Assembly (NCBI RefSeq): GCF_006345805.1
Contig: NC_043026.1
Span: forward strand, 13,371,579 to 13,435,578
Source of the DNA: Octopus sinensis
Taxonomy: Eukaryota
DNA: 64,000 nucleotides
Direction of reading: 5' to 3'
The notes beneath the pieces are model-generated. The model worked only from the letters and a program-made list of their open reading frames with translations, had not been told where the DNA came from and ran no database searches. Both the position numbers and the translations under genes were made by a program. Below are positions 1 through 12,892 of this stretch, piece by piece; the stretch's first letter is position 1, and each line of letters begins with the position of its first letter.

Positions 1-394
1 GAAGAAAAAAAATTTTTTTAATGATGTAATTGAATTAGTCATCAATAAAAAAAAACCGCACTTGAAACAGCTGTAGTGTACCTTTAACCCATTTGTGTTA
101 TTTTGTTTATGTAAAAATAATTCTTGGGAACTTCCCCATGCTGGATCTGGAATTTAGATTGGATCATGAAACTGCATGCCCGTGTGCATTGGTATATATA
201 TTTTCATGTATATTTGTATGTCTCTCTTTTACTCTTTTACTTTCTTTCAATCATCTGAGCGCGGCCATGCTGGAGCACTGCCTTTAATCGAGCAACTCGA
301 CCCCGAGTTGTTGATGGTGAAATATGTTGGAAATAATACTTTTCAAATTCTCACACAAATATGTCATTGTTTTAAGAGAAACCTTCTATGATAT

Positions 395-946
395 ACTCTT
401 TTACTTGTTTCAGTCATTTGACTGCGGCCATGCTGGAGCACCGCCTTTAATCGAGCAACTCGACCCCGGGATTTATTCTTTTGTAAGCCCAGTTCTTATT
501 CTATTGGTCTCTTTTGCTGTAAACACACCAGCATCGGTTGTCAAGCGATGTTGGGGTGACAAACACAAACACACATATATATATATATATATATACATAT
601 ATATGACGGGCTTCTTTCAGTTTCCGTCTACCAAATCCACTCACAAGGCTTTGGTCGGCCCGAGGCTATAGTAGAAGACACTTGCCCAAGGTGCCACGCA
701 GTGGGACTGAACCCAGAACCATGTGGTTGGTAAACAAGCTACTTACCACACAGCCACTCCTGCGCCTATATATATATATATACGACAGGCTTCTTTCAGT
801 TTCCATCAACCAAATCCACTCACAAGGCTTTGGTCGGCCCAAGGCTATAGTAGAAGACACTTGCCCAAGGTGCCACGCAGTGGGACTGAACCCGGAACCA
901 TGTGGTTGGTAAACAAGCTTCTTACCACACAGCCACTCCTGCGCCT
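395..946 (-). mobile_element. SINE family 1 (tRNA-like head GGCGCAGGAGTGGCTGTGTGG, B-box GGTTCAGTCCC, internal microsatellite, structured tail): full copy plus duplicated head
   Basis: More than 20 copies or fragments in the window. Confidence 0.9.
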
Positions 947-1124
947 CTCTTTCTCCTTGAGTATGAATTTTGTTTTGCTTTATTTCGTTTAAGTGCGAAA
1001 TAAATTGTTTCTAAGTTATAAATGTAACATTTTGCATACATGTGGCCGGCAGCAATGTGAAGTGGCTTGTCCTGTACAATTGAATTAATAAAATATTGCA
1101 TGGATTTAAGTATTTAAGGAGTGG

Positions 1125-1440
1125 TATCATCATTGTTCGACCGTGGTCGAGACAATGGAATTTACCATGCTACGCCAGACTTCACGGTCCATCATAGCAT
1201 TACGGAGGTCCTGTTGCTGGATGCCTGTATCCCTGGAGATTACATCAGGGTAGGAGAGTGTGCACCCTCTGGTATTGCGAGTAGATGGCTTCCAGAGGAG
1301 AGGTGTAGAAATTACCCCGTTTTCAGCCCTACAACAATGTCCAGCAAACTGGACTCTCCTACCTTTCACAAGAGATGACACAGGTGGTAGTTTCCCATAT
1401 ATTTGCATTTTGGTTGGATGACGCTTCCACGAGAGATTTT
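1125..1440 (-). mobile_element. 3' fragment of a second RTE-like LINE family
   Basis: QNLSWKRHPTKMQIYGKLP...VQFAGHCCRA...SYPDVISRDTG...DREVWRSMV stop; flanked by GAGTGG at 1119-1124 and 1441-1446. Confidence 0.8.
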
Positions 1441-1679
1441 GAGTGGAATGGACAACTTCCTCTAAGTCAGAACATTAAGCACCAAGGAAACAGTCGAACC
1501 AAATAATGTATATAACTTCCAAGGTAAGGGTGGAAGCAATCCCACCTGATATAGAAATGGCTTGGGGTCGCGGCAGCTGTCCTTGTTAGAAGTGAGGAGG
1601 AGGTGGCTGTCCTCCAAGCCATGGATAAGGAAATCACTGGATCTCATCCTGCAGGTGGAGGAGAAGCAGCTCAAGAGTC

Positions 1680-3143
1680 CTCCTAAGCCACGGTGGCCTC
1701 TACCTGGGACGTAGCCATACCTTTCCTTCTTATGACACAAATCCTACTTGTGAAGACCTGTTGAGGCAAGTGAAAATCGAAATCGAAATCTTTCAACATC
1801 AATGGAAATTGTAGCTGAGATACCAGTGCCGGTGGCACGTAAGGGAACCATCCAAATGTGGCCGTTGCCAGCGCCGCCCCGACTGGCCTCGGTGCCGCTG
1901 GCACGCAAAAAGCACCACCCGATTGTGGCCGTTGCCAGCCTCGTCTGGCCCCCGTGCCAGTGGCACATAAAAAGCACCATCCGATCGTGGCTGTTTGCCA
2001 GCCTCGTCTGGCACCTGTGCAGGTGGCACATAAAAAGCACCCGTTACACTCTCAGAGTGGTTAGCGTTAGGAAGGGCATCCACCTGTAGAAACACTGCCA
2101 GATCAGACTGGAGTCTGGTGCAGCCTCCTGGCTTCCCAGACCCCGGTCGAACCGTCCAACCCATGCTAGCACGGAAAACGGACGTTAAATGATGAAGGCG
2201 TTAGGAAGGGCATCCATCTGTAGAAACACTGCCAGATCAGACTGGAGCCTGGTGCAGCCTCCTGGCTACCCAGACCCCGGTCGAACCGTCCAACCCATGC
2301 TAACATGGAAAACGGATGTTAAACGATGAAGGCGTTAGGAAGGGCATCCAGCCGTAAAAACACTGCCAGATCAGACTGGAGCCTGGTGCAGCCTCCTGGC
2401 TTCCCAGACCCCGGTTGAACCGTCCAACCCATGCTAGATCGGAAAACGGACGTTAAACGATGAAGGCATTAGGAAGGGCATCCATCGGTAGAAACACTGC
2501 CAGATCAGACTGGAGACTGGTGCAGCCTTCTGGCTTCCCAGACCCCGGTCAAACCGTCCAACCCATGCAAGCACGGAAAATGGACGTTAAAGGATGAAGG
2601 CATTAGGAAGGGCATCCAGCTGTAGAAACACTGCCAGATCAGACTGGAGCCTGGTGCAGCCTTCTGGCTTCCCAGACCCCAGTTGAACCGTCCAACCCAT
2701 GCAAGCACGGAAAACGGACGTTAAACGATGAAGGTGTTAGGAAGGGCATCCAGCTGTAGAAACACTGCCAGATCAGATTGGAGCCTGGTGCAGCCTCCTG
2801 GCTTCCCAGACCCCGGTCGAACCGTCCAACCCATGCTAGCACGGAAAACGGACGTTAAATGATGAAGGCGTTAGGAAGGGCATCCAGCGGTAGAAACTCT
2901 GCCAGATCAGACTGGAGCCTGGTGCAGCCTTCTGGCTTCCCAGACCCCGGTCGAACCGTCCAACCCATGCTAGCACGGAAAACGGACGTTAAACGATGAT
3001 GAAGGCGTTAGGAAGGGCATCCAGCGGTAGAAACTCTGCCAGATCAGACTGGAGCCTGGTGCAGCCTCCTGGCTTCCCAGACCCCGGTCGAACCGTCCAA
3101 CCCATGCTAGCACGGAAAACGGACGTTAAACGATGATGATGAT
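1680..3143 (+). mobile_element. 3' UTR and tail of the same RTE family
   Basis: Matches the 25124-25880 UTR (cctacctgggacgtag, gaagacctgttgaggcaagtg, GC-rich repeats, ggcgttaggaagggcatcc tail). Confidence 0.9.
2063..3143 (+). repeat. 8 x 134-bp tandem array of the RTE terminal tail
   Basis: Unit starts near 2063, 2197, 2331, 2465, 2599, 2732, 2866, 3004. Confidence 0.95.
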
Positions 3144-4419
3144 CTCTAAGTATTTAAGGAGTGGAATGCAAAACTTCCTGTAAGTCAGACCACTTCATGT
3201 CCCCAACAGACAAAGCGGAAAAGGGGGATGGTGAGGGAGATGGAGTTGAAAATACATAGGCACAGGTGTGACTGTGAGATAAGAAGCTGGCTTCTTTGCT
3301 TCCAGTTCCTGCGCATGCGTTGATTCAGTTGCTGGTTTATTTTTTGGGGAGTCGGACAGGATCTTTGTGTTGCTTGGCAGCGGTTTAGAGAATCCGTTAA
3401 TTATGATTTTATTCAACATACTCCCCTCTCGGATCCACACACACATTGCAGCAGTCCTTCAGTTTTTGTAAGTCCTGTAAAAGGACTTGGAATGTTGGGC
3501 CTACAACCAGGCAGGCCTTTTGTGATACCTTGAAAGCCAGGAAATTTTCAGCACTCCCTTGTATATGGATATATCTGCATATACATAGGCATAGACAGAT
3601 GTGTTTTTATATGGTATATACACTGATGTTCAGATCTCGGCCCTGACTTAGTATCCACACACATATTGCAGTGGCCCTTCAGTTTTTGTAAGTCCTGTAA
3701 AAGGAATTGGAATGTTGGGCCTACAACCAGGCCTTTTGTGATACCTTGAAAGCCAGGAAATTTTCAGCACTCCCTTAGACATGGATATATCTGTATTCAG
3801 ACGTTAGTGGGTCTGAATCGAGGAGCTGGTGAAGGCGGTGAGAAGAATGGACTGAATATTGGAAAGAACAATAGTAAAGGAGAGGAAGGTGAAAGAATTA
3901 TGTAGAATTCTACCTTAAGCATCCCATATGACCTCTTGGAACTATTTAAATTTTTTGGAAGTTTGAGAAAATTTTTTGCAAATTTGTGTTCTACATATGG
4001 AGATTTATATGATTGTGCAAAATTCAAGACAAAAGTTTTTTGTGTGATTTAAGGAGTATTTTAGCTGTTATATTTAGCACATCTCACTACCACCTCATAC
4101 CCTCCTTGTTTGTTTGTCACTGACTTATTGATGTTTTTCAATGTCCTTCTCTGCATAAAAACATTTAATGTTCCATTGCTGGGATTTAAGCCAAAAATTT
4201 GGACTGTCCATATTTTAATCTGTGGTTTATAAAAAATATTTCAAAAAATTTTTTTAAATGTATTTGTTTCCCAACTACTCTCATCCATCCTTGTATAATG
4301 CAAGTTAGCCATGCATCTGCAAGACAACTTGTAAGAGAGGGTGCTGAAAAGTTCCTGGCTTTGAGTAAAAGTAAAAGAAAATACAGGAGGATCAGTTAAT
4401 GTGAAGGCCATGAATTTAA

Positions 4420-4639
4420 CCCTTTCATGACCAACCCGGCTGAAACCAGCTCTGGCTCTGAGTACAAATGTCTTGTTTTCATAAGATTTTAATTAAAATC
4501 TTCCACCAAACCTTAGTCACAATTTATGTTCCTAACACTAGTTGAATGATGGCTAACTTATTTTATTAAATTCTCTGTTACGTCTAAAATAATTGAAAGA
4601 AACACAGAGCATCTCAACAGAAATACGGTAACGAAAGGG
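4420..4639. mobile_element. piggyBac-like MITE (TTAA-flanked, TIR CCCTTTC..AC / GTAACGAAAGGG)
   Basis: TTAA at 4416-4419 and 4640-4643. Confidence 0.8.
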
Positions 4640-4851
4640 TTAAGCTTGCAACCAAACTGGTTTGACAAGCCTTCTCTGTCACTGGCACAACGTGACTCAG
4701 TAGAAGGGTCCAGTTTTTATACTCTTACTCATCCAGGAGTAGTTGGTCAATCACATCAACCCCAGTGATCAACTGGTATTTATTTTATCAACTCTGAAAG
4801 AACAAAAGACAAAGGTGACCTCAGTGGTATTTGAACTCAGATCACATAGAC

Positions 4852-5094
4852 CAGTATTTCTTAACTATTTTTTTTACCTGTGGACCTCCCTTTCGTTCCT
4901 ATTTTACTCAGATGGACCCTCCAAGTCATTCCGATTATATTTCTATAATTGAATATCATTAGGAGTTGTATAACAAAATTGTTAAAATATTTTATGCATT
5001 GTAGACATAAAACTAATTTATTGCAGATAAATTTTAACAACAAAATTTTATGTGGAACCCCAAGGGCCATATGGACCCTAGTTGAGAACCATTG
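4852..5094. mobile_element. Older hAT-like MITE abutting the previous one
   Basis: Imperfect CAG/CAA termini, flanked by ACATAGAC and ATATAGAC. Confidence 0.65.
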
Positions 5095-5102
5095 ATATAG
5101 AC

Positions 5103-5305
5103 CAGTGCTTTTCAAACTTTTTGCTGGAGCGTAACCCCAAGGAAACATTCCACTGGCTCGAGGAACCCCTGTGCAATAATTTAATAGTCTTATGCACACA
5201 TATCTCTGCATAGGAGAATTAAAAATTACTGCCGATTTTAGCAGTTTTGTAACTTTTTGCGGAACCCCTGGACTGTACTGGCGGAACCCTGGTTGAAAAC
5301 CCCTG
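5103..5305. mobile_element. hAT-like MITE with 8-bp TSD ATATAGAC (paralogous copy 9813-9991)
   Basis: CAGTGCTTTTCAAAC...GTTGAAAACCCCTG; TSD at 5095-5102 and 5306-5313. Confidence 0.85.
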
Positions 5306-7500
5306 ATATAGACGGACAAAATACTGCTAAGCAATTTACTCATTGAACTAATGATTCTGCCAGTTTACCAATAAATAATTTAAAAGAACACTTGTGAAAT
5401 AACGAATTTGTTCTTAAGAATTAACTTCCTTACAAAGGGGGAAAAAAACCCATTAGAATGCAAAAATTAAAGTTTACTTAACTGTAAGTATTGAAAAAGG
5501 GCCTTCTAAAGTCAGTGGTTAGAGAACTTTTTCAACCAATTACCCCCAAAATTTATTTATTTACGCCGACGGCCCCACCACCACCACCTGGTTTGAAAGG
5601 AAGAAAATCAGATTCTTTGAATTCAAAAGGTTTATTAAATCTATCTACACGTTATTTACATTGGACAGGTGCAAAATCGCCAGAAAGAAAATTTGTAACA
5701 AGGAACACATTTTTTAAATAATTTTACTTATGTCTAAGGAGTCCTTCTTACCCACCAAAATTTCATTTTTACCCCACTTGGGATAATTTACTTCGGTTTT
5801 CCGACCTCTGCTCTAAGCGATCATGTCAAAAATGCACTTTCTTCCCAATATAATATTATTATATTTCAAAATGCAGCAGAACACTGGTCTTTTTTCAACG
5901 AACTTAATTGTATTTAATATAGTTAAGAATTGGATTAACTAGAGACCATAGAATTGGCCATGAACGAATTAAATGCTGGCTTTAAGAACTAATACGGGCA
6001 GTAGTGGGTTAATGTTCGTTGCACACCCCGAAATCAGCATGATCGGAGAAATATGCCTATTTCTTTACTAACCACAAGGGGCTAAACACAGAGAAGACAA
6101 ACAAGGACAGACAAACGGATTAAGTCGATTATATTGACCCCAGTGCGTAACTGGTATTTAATTTATCGACCCCTAAAGGATGAAAGGCAAAGATGACCTC
6201 GGCGGAATTTGAACTCACAACGTAACGGCAGTCGGAGAAGTATGCCTGCTAGTCTATCAACTTATCTATCTGTTTGTCCTTCTGTCTGTCCGTCCATCCA
6301 TCCACCGAAACACCTCGACATTTCTCGGGGTTTGAATAGTTTATGCAGTGTGATCTCTTTAATATGAGAAGATTTGACAATCTCAGTGTGATCAAGCTAC
6401 CAGCTTCGACGGTACCCTGAAATAACGACCACATTATTATACAGCCTGTACAACCCGTGCTACATAACAAAATAAAAGCAGGATTGTAATTCAGCATCAA
6501 ACAAAGTATCCGGGTTGTTTGTTGGTTATTGGTACGGGAGATAACAACATCTTGGCATCATTTTGTATATAAAGCCAAAATACTTCAGTTTTGCTAACGA
6601 CAATAGAGAGGAAGCCACATTGATACACAATAGTTATTTTCCTGGATAATATTTTGGGGGTAACTGCAAGAGCGAACTGATATGATTAAAAATATTTCTG
6701 GATGAACTGAATTATGCTATGTACATTAAACTCCTGTCTCCGGTATGATTTACGCAAGGGAAAAATTATCCACTACACCGCGCACTTCATCTATTTATAA
6801 TTACTTGAGCAAATGTAATTATCTCGTTGTAAGGTAAACATTAATTTTTGCCGATAACATAGAACCAGCTAAAATGGTTCAGACTCGGGGCTCCGTCACC
6901 GCGATGATGAAATGTATAATTTTGTTACCAGCTTTCGTTACATCCGGAATTGTTTACAAGAATATGGACTTCAGGGGCCAAATACTGGTTGAATAACTGT
7001 TTCTTTACTACCCACAAGGGGCTAAACATAGAGGGGACAAACAAGGACAGACAAACGGATTAAGTCGATTACATCGACCCCAGTGCGTAACTGGTACTTA
7101 ATTTATCGACCCCGAAAGGATGAAAGGCAAAGTCGACCTCAACAATACTGGTTGAATAACTTTGATGATATTTCTTCCGTTTGTAGTTGACTTGCATATT
7201 TAAAACCTCAATCAATTCCGTTGCCACCACAGTGGTGAACAAACGTGAATTCATCGTACTACATACAGACACACACATGCGGATTTTCCAGACAGACTAT
7301 AACACACATATTAAGCCATGACTATATTTCATAACGTAGATAAAAAAAAAGTTCTGTTTTAAAAATATGTATTTGTGCTATATGGACATAGTCAGCTACG
7401 AATACACTTGGGGTAAGTAGAAATTATATGCATATTGTATATTTTACCCGCTTGTGAAAGGAGACTCGCAATATCCCAGAGAAGCCGACCCGGAGTGAAT

Positions 7501-8967
7501 ATGGAGGACGTTAAACCCTTGGATATTCTCGACTCGATTGTTATCAATCCGGATATTGTAACGCAGTCTTATAGCGACGAGAAAACATTAGGTGGTGAAG
7601 TATTTACCGAAGAAAAATCACTGGACAAAAATGTTTGCTGTGAAGTCTGCGGGAAATCGTTTGGCAAAGCCCGTTATTTAAAAGAACACGAGAAAGTGCA
7701 CACCGGGGAAAAACCGTATCTTTGTGAAGTATGTGGGAAATCTTTCTCTCGGACGTCTCATCTTGCTCTTCATAAACGTATCCACACGGGAAAGAAACCT
7801 TACCGCTGTGAAATATGCGGGAAATCATTTGGGAAAAACAGCAATTTGACCAAACACAAGAGAGTACACACGGGAGAAAAACCGTTTCCGTGTGAAATTT
7901 GCGGTAAATTTTTCTCTGACAATTATAATCTTGCCATCCATAAACATAGTCACACGGGAAACAAACCTTTCCGCTGTGAAATATGCGGGAAATCTTTTGC
8001 CCTTAATAGTTATTTAAAAAGTCACAAACGAATTCACACGGGAGAGAAGCCATTTCAGTGCGAAGTATGTGAAAAGAATTTCAGTCAGAAATCGAGTCTG
8101 GTTACTCATATACGTATTCACACGGGAGAAACGCCATACCACTGTGAAATCTGTGGAAAATCTTTCTCCCTTAAGTCCAGACTTGGACAACATAAGACAG
8201 TACACTCTGCAGAAAAACCCTACGACTGTGAAATCTGTGGTAAGACGTTCTCTTTGAATTCCAGTCTTGTACACCATAAGACTATGCACTCTGGAGAAAG
8301 GCCATTCCACTGTGAAATGTGTGGAAAATCTTTTGTGGATAAAGGTGATTTAACACGACACAAAAAGATCCACAATGAGGAAAAACCTAAGCATTGTGAA
8401 ATTTGTGGAAAATCCTTCTCGGTTAATTCTAGTCTCATAGACCACAAACGGACGCATACTGGGGAAAAACCACATCATTGTGAAATTTGCGGAAAATCTT
8501 TCATTCAGGTTTCACATCTCGTCTGTCACAACAGGGTCCATACGGGGGAGAAACGACACCATTGCGAAATCTGCGGTAAATCCTTCTCCTCTCGTTCACG
8601 TCTTATATATCACGGAACGACGCACACGGGGGAAAAGCCTTTCCGCTGCGAAACGTGCGGGAAGCATTTTGTGAATAACAGTTCCTTGTCGACTCACAAG
8701 AAAATACACTCTGGCGAGAAAGCTCATCGCTGCGACATATGCGAGAAAGGTTTTGTGAATAACAGTGATTTGACCAGACACAAACGAATTCATTCAGGCG
8801 AGAAACCCTGCCACTGTGAAATATGTGGAAAATCTTTCAGTAATAATGCCAACCTTGTCAACCATGTACGAATTCACACTGGGGAAAAACCGTATTATTG
8901 CGAAATTTGTGAGAAGTCGTTCAGAAGTAGTTCCAATCTTGCCAGACACAAAAAAATTCACTCTTGA
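7501..8967 (+). CDS. C2H2 (Kruppel-type) zinc-finger protein, 16 tandem fingers, about 488 aa from ATG 7501
   Basis: Uninterrupted ORF with 16 CxxC-12-HxxxH units, mostly TGEKP-type linkers. First in-frame ATG is at 7501 (aatATGG); the ORF-track start at 7435 is a TTG. No KRAB/BTB/ZAD domain visible; an upstream coding exon cannot be excluded. Confidence 0.95.
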   Translation: MEDVKPLDILDSIVINPDIVTQSYSDEKTLGGEVFTEEKSLDKNVCCEVCGKSFGKARYLKEHEKVHTGEKPYLCEVCGKSFSRTSHLALHKRIHTGKKPYRCEICGKSFGKNSNLTKHKRVHTGEKPFPCEICGKFFSDNYNLAIHKHSHTGNKPFRCEICGKSFALNSYLKSHKRIHTGEKPFQCEVCEKNFSQKSSLVTHIRIHTGETPYHCEICGKSFSLKSRLGQHKTVHSAEKPYDCEICGKTFSLNSSLVHHKTMHSGERPFHCEMCGKSFVDKGDLTRHKKIHNEEKPKHCEICGKSFSVNSSLIDHKRTHTGEKPHHCEICGKSFIQVSHLVCHNRVHTGEKRHHCEICGKSFSSRSRLIYHGTTHTGEKPFRCETCGKHFVNNSSLSTHKKIHSGEKAHRCDICEKGFVNNSDLTRHKRIHSGEKPCHCEICGKSFSNNANLVNHVRIHTGEKPYYCEICEKSFRSSSNLARHKKIHS

Positions 8968-8995
8968 AAAAAAATCCTTCCTCTGTGAATGATTC

Positions 8996-9400
8996 TCTTT
9001 ACTCTTTTACTTGTTTCAGTCATTTGACTGCGACCATGCTGGAGCACCGCCTTTTAGTCGAGCAAATCGACCCCGGGACTTATTCTTTTGTAAGCCCATT
9101 AATTATTCTATCGGTCTCTTTTGCTGATCCGCTAAGTAACGGGGATACAAACACACCAGCATTGGTTATCAAGCAATGCTACGGGGACAAACACAGACAC
9201 ACAAAAACACATACACACATATATATATACATATATACGATGGGCTTCTTTTCAGTTTCCGTCTACCAAATCCACTCACAAGACTTTGGTCGGCCTGAGG
9301 CTATAGTAGAAGTCACTTGCCCAAGGTGCCATGCAGTGGGACTGAATCCGGAACCATGTGGTTGGTAAACAAGCTACTTACCACACAGCCACTCCTGCAC
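8996..9400 (-). mobile_element. SINE family 1 copy about 30 bp after the zinc-finger stop codon
   Basis: Same consensus. Confidence 0.9.
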
Positions 9401-12400
9401 CAATGTTTTTTTTTTTCTGTAGTTTCAGCTCAGAGCTGTGGCCATGCTGATGTACCACTGTTTAAAATAGATAATGATTGCCTATGCCGTATTTCGAGGA
9501 GTTTTGTTCCTTCATCAGCATCCATCTAACCCATGTTGATGACAAGGATGATGATGGTCTTCATTTAAGTGTCCATGTTCCATACTGGTATGCATTGGAC
9601 ACTTTGACAGGATCCACTGTCTTTGAGGACTGCACTGGGCACCAGTATTTGATATGGTTTCTATAGCTTGATTCACTTCTTAACACCAATCACTTCATGG
9701 TGTGTATTGTGTGCTTTTTGGTTTATTTTATTGGAGATAAATTTTAACAACAAAATCTTATGTGGAACCCCAAGGGCCATATGGACCCTAGTTGAGAACC
9801 ATCGATATAGACCAGTGCTTTTCAAACTTTTTGCTGGAGCAGAACCCCTAGGAAACATTCCACTGGCTCGAGGGACCCCTGTGCAATAATTTAATAGTCT
9901 TATGCACACATATCTGCACAGGAGAATTAAAAATTACTGCCGATTTCAGCAGTTTTGTAACTTCTTGCGGAACTCTGGTTGAAAACCACTGATATAGACG
10001 GACTGAATACTGTTAAGCAATTTACTCATTGTGCTAAAGATTCTGCCAGCTTACCAATAAATAATTTAAAAGAACACTTGTGAAACAATGAATTTGTTCT
10101 TAAGAATTAACTTCCTTACAAAGGGGGGAGAAAAACCATCCATTAGAATGCAAAAATTAAAGCTTATTTAACTGTAAGTATTGAAAAAGGACCCTCTAAG
10201 TCAGTGGTTAGGGAACTTTTTCAACCAATTAAACCAAAATTTATTTATTTTTGGTGATACCTATTTCTTTACTACCCACAAGGGGACAAACAAGGACAGG
10301 CAAAGGGATTAAGTCAATTACATCGACCCCAGTGCATAACTGGTACTTAATTTATCGACCCCGAAAGGATGAAAGGCAAAGTCGACCTCGGCGGAATTTG
10401 AACTCAGAATGTAGCGGCAGACGAAATACCTATTTCTTTACTACCCACAAGGGGCTAAACACAGAGGGGACAAACAAGGACAGACAAAGGGATTAAGTCG
10501 ATTACATCGACCCCAGTGCGTAACTGGTACTTAATTTATCGACCCCGAAAGGATGAAAGGCAAAGTTGACCTTGGCGGAATTTGAACTCAGAACGTAAGG
10601 GCAGACGAAATACAGCTACGCTTTTCGCCCGGCGTGCTAACGGTTCTGCCAGCTCGCCGCCCTGTGATACCAGCTCAGGTGAGATTCCCAATGCAGTTTC
10701 TGAGACTAAGATTCCCTTCAAATGAGTGTGACTACACTAGAGAGAAAGGTGGCTTTATTATTTACTTCTGCTTGCAGTGACATCGCGACTCATTTCTACA
10801 GATGAGAGAACTGTAGCAACATGAAATAAAGCATCTTGACCAAGAATAACAGCCCAGTCCAGGAATCGAACCCACTACCTCATGATTGTGAGCCCGACGC
10901 TCTAACCACTGATCTATGTGCCTTCAATGTGTGCTGTAATCTTGTAGTTTATAAGTATGTCTTGGGAAAAGAATTATGTGTCGTTAAATTTCATTAACCT
11001 TAATTGTGGAAAGCAGTTTTATTCTACCAATCTATCTTTTTTTTTTGTTGAGGAATGTCATCACTTGACAACCGGTGTTGGTGTGTTTATGTCCTTTTAA
11101 TTTAGAAGTTTGATAAAAGAGACCAATGAAATAAATACTTGGCTTCAGAAATAAGTCCTGAGGTTGATTTATTTGAAAAAAAAACCCTTTCAAGGCAGTG
11201 CTCCGACATGACCACACTCAAATGACTGCAACAAGTAAAAAAATAAACAATAAAAATAATAAAGATTGAAGAATTAAGTGTGAGATTTGTTATCTCTTAC
11301 CACTTAGATTCTTGACAAAATGCTCATTGCAAAATGTAAATTAAAATTTAATTTTATAAATCTCATGAAATTGAAATTAAAGTTTTTATAACAGTAATAT
11401 TTGTTGTGTGGTATTTTTTGGACTTTTGAAATTATTATCTGGGTGTCAAGAGCACCATCCCAGTGTGATCGTTGACAGAGCAGCCAACTGGCTTCCGTGC
11501 CAGTGGCACATAAAAGGTCACCATTCGAGCATGATCGTTACCAAAGTCTCCTTACTGGCACCTGTGCTGGTGGCATGTGTAAAAAGATTCGAGCGAGGTC
11601 GTTGCCAGTACAGCTGTAATTTTATTCAGCTGAATACACGTCATTGATTGGTTGAAATTACCGAAATTTGAGAATTTTAAGGTGAAATAACTTCATAAAT
11701 ATAAGTTTTTCTCAAAAATGCTAAGAGTAAAAGATGTTTTATATGACACATTTTACCAGTGTCCGAAGATTGAAAGTGCTTAGTTACACAAAATTATTTT
11801 TTAAATCTGTAGGTCAAAAGATAAAGATCATGAATTATCTGTAGCTTCAAGATTTTAATGATGTGGTTGTTTATTTTTAGGCTGGCATTGTAGGGTCGGT
11901 GTCAGAAGCAAGATCTAGTCAGCATATTCTACTATAGCCTTCGGCTGACCAAAGCTTTGTGAGTGGATTTGGTAGATGGAAATAACTTTGTAAATATAAG
12001 TTTTTCTCAAAAATGCTAAGAGTAAAACATATTTTATATGACACATTCTACCAGTGTCTGAAGTTTGAAAGTGTTTAGTTTCAAAAAAATTTTTTTTTTA
12101 AATCTGTAGGTCAAAAGGTAAAGATCCGAAGACGCTTGCCAAAAGTGCAACACAGTAGGACTGAACCTGGAACCATGTAAATGGGAAGCGAACTTCTTAC
12201 CACTTAGCTATGCTACACTGTGTATGTATCTATAATAATAAACATGAAATTCTGTCTGTTTGGGATCCCTGTATCTTGTCCTGCATTTGTTTTACATAGA
12301 CATATCTATTTGGAACCAGGATGATCCTGGGATTGAAAATCTGCCCTTCTTTTGGTTCTTGAACATCCAGTATTGGGATCAGATTTAAAAGCATTTGGGT

Positions 12401-12499
12401 TGCTATTTCTAGCAAGTAAAGCTTGGCTGATTCATGCCAACTTGGTTTGCCCACAAGAGACTTTTAATTATTAAAGTGTATTTATTTATTTATTTATTT

Positions 12500-12878
12500 T
12501 CACTTGTTTCAGTCATTTGACTGCGGCCATGCTGGAGCACCGCCTTTAATCGAGTAACTTGACCCCGGGACTTATTCTTTTGTAAGCCCAGTACTTATTC
12601 TATCGGTCTCTTTTGCCGAACCGCTAGTTAACGGGGACATAAACACACCAGCATCGGTTGTCAAGCAATGCTCGGGGGACAAACACAGACACACAAATAT
12701 ATATACATATATACGACGGGCTTCTTTCAGTTTCCGTTTACCAAATCCACTCACAAGGCTTTGGTCGGCCCGAGGCTATAGTAGAAGACACTTGCCCAAG
12801 GTGCCACGCAGTGGGACTGAACCCGGAACCATGTGGTTGGTAAACAAGCTACTTACCACACAGCCACCCCTGCGCCTA
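12500..12878 (-). mobile_element. SINE family 1 copy
   Basis: Same consensus. Confidence 0.9.
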
Positions 12879-12892
12879 TATATATATACCAT

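Noticed and set aside
682-992. Recurrent short ORFs such as MPKVPRSGTEP..., CPRCHAVGLNPEPCGW and CGHAGAPPL...
   Set aside because: Translations of SINE family 1 copies.
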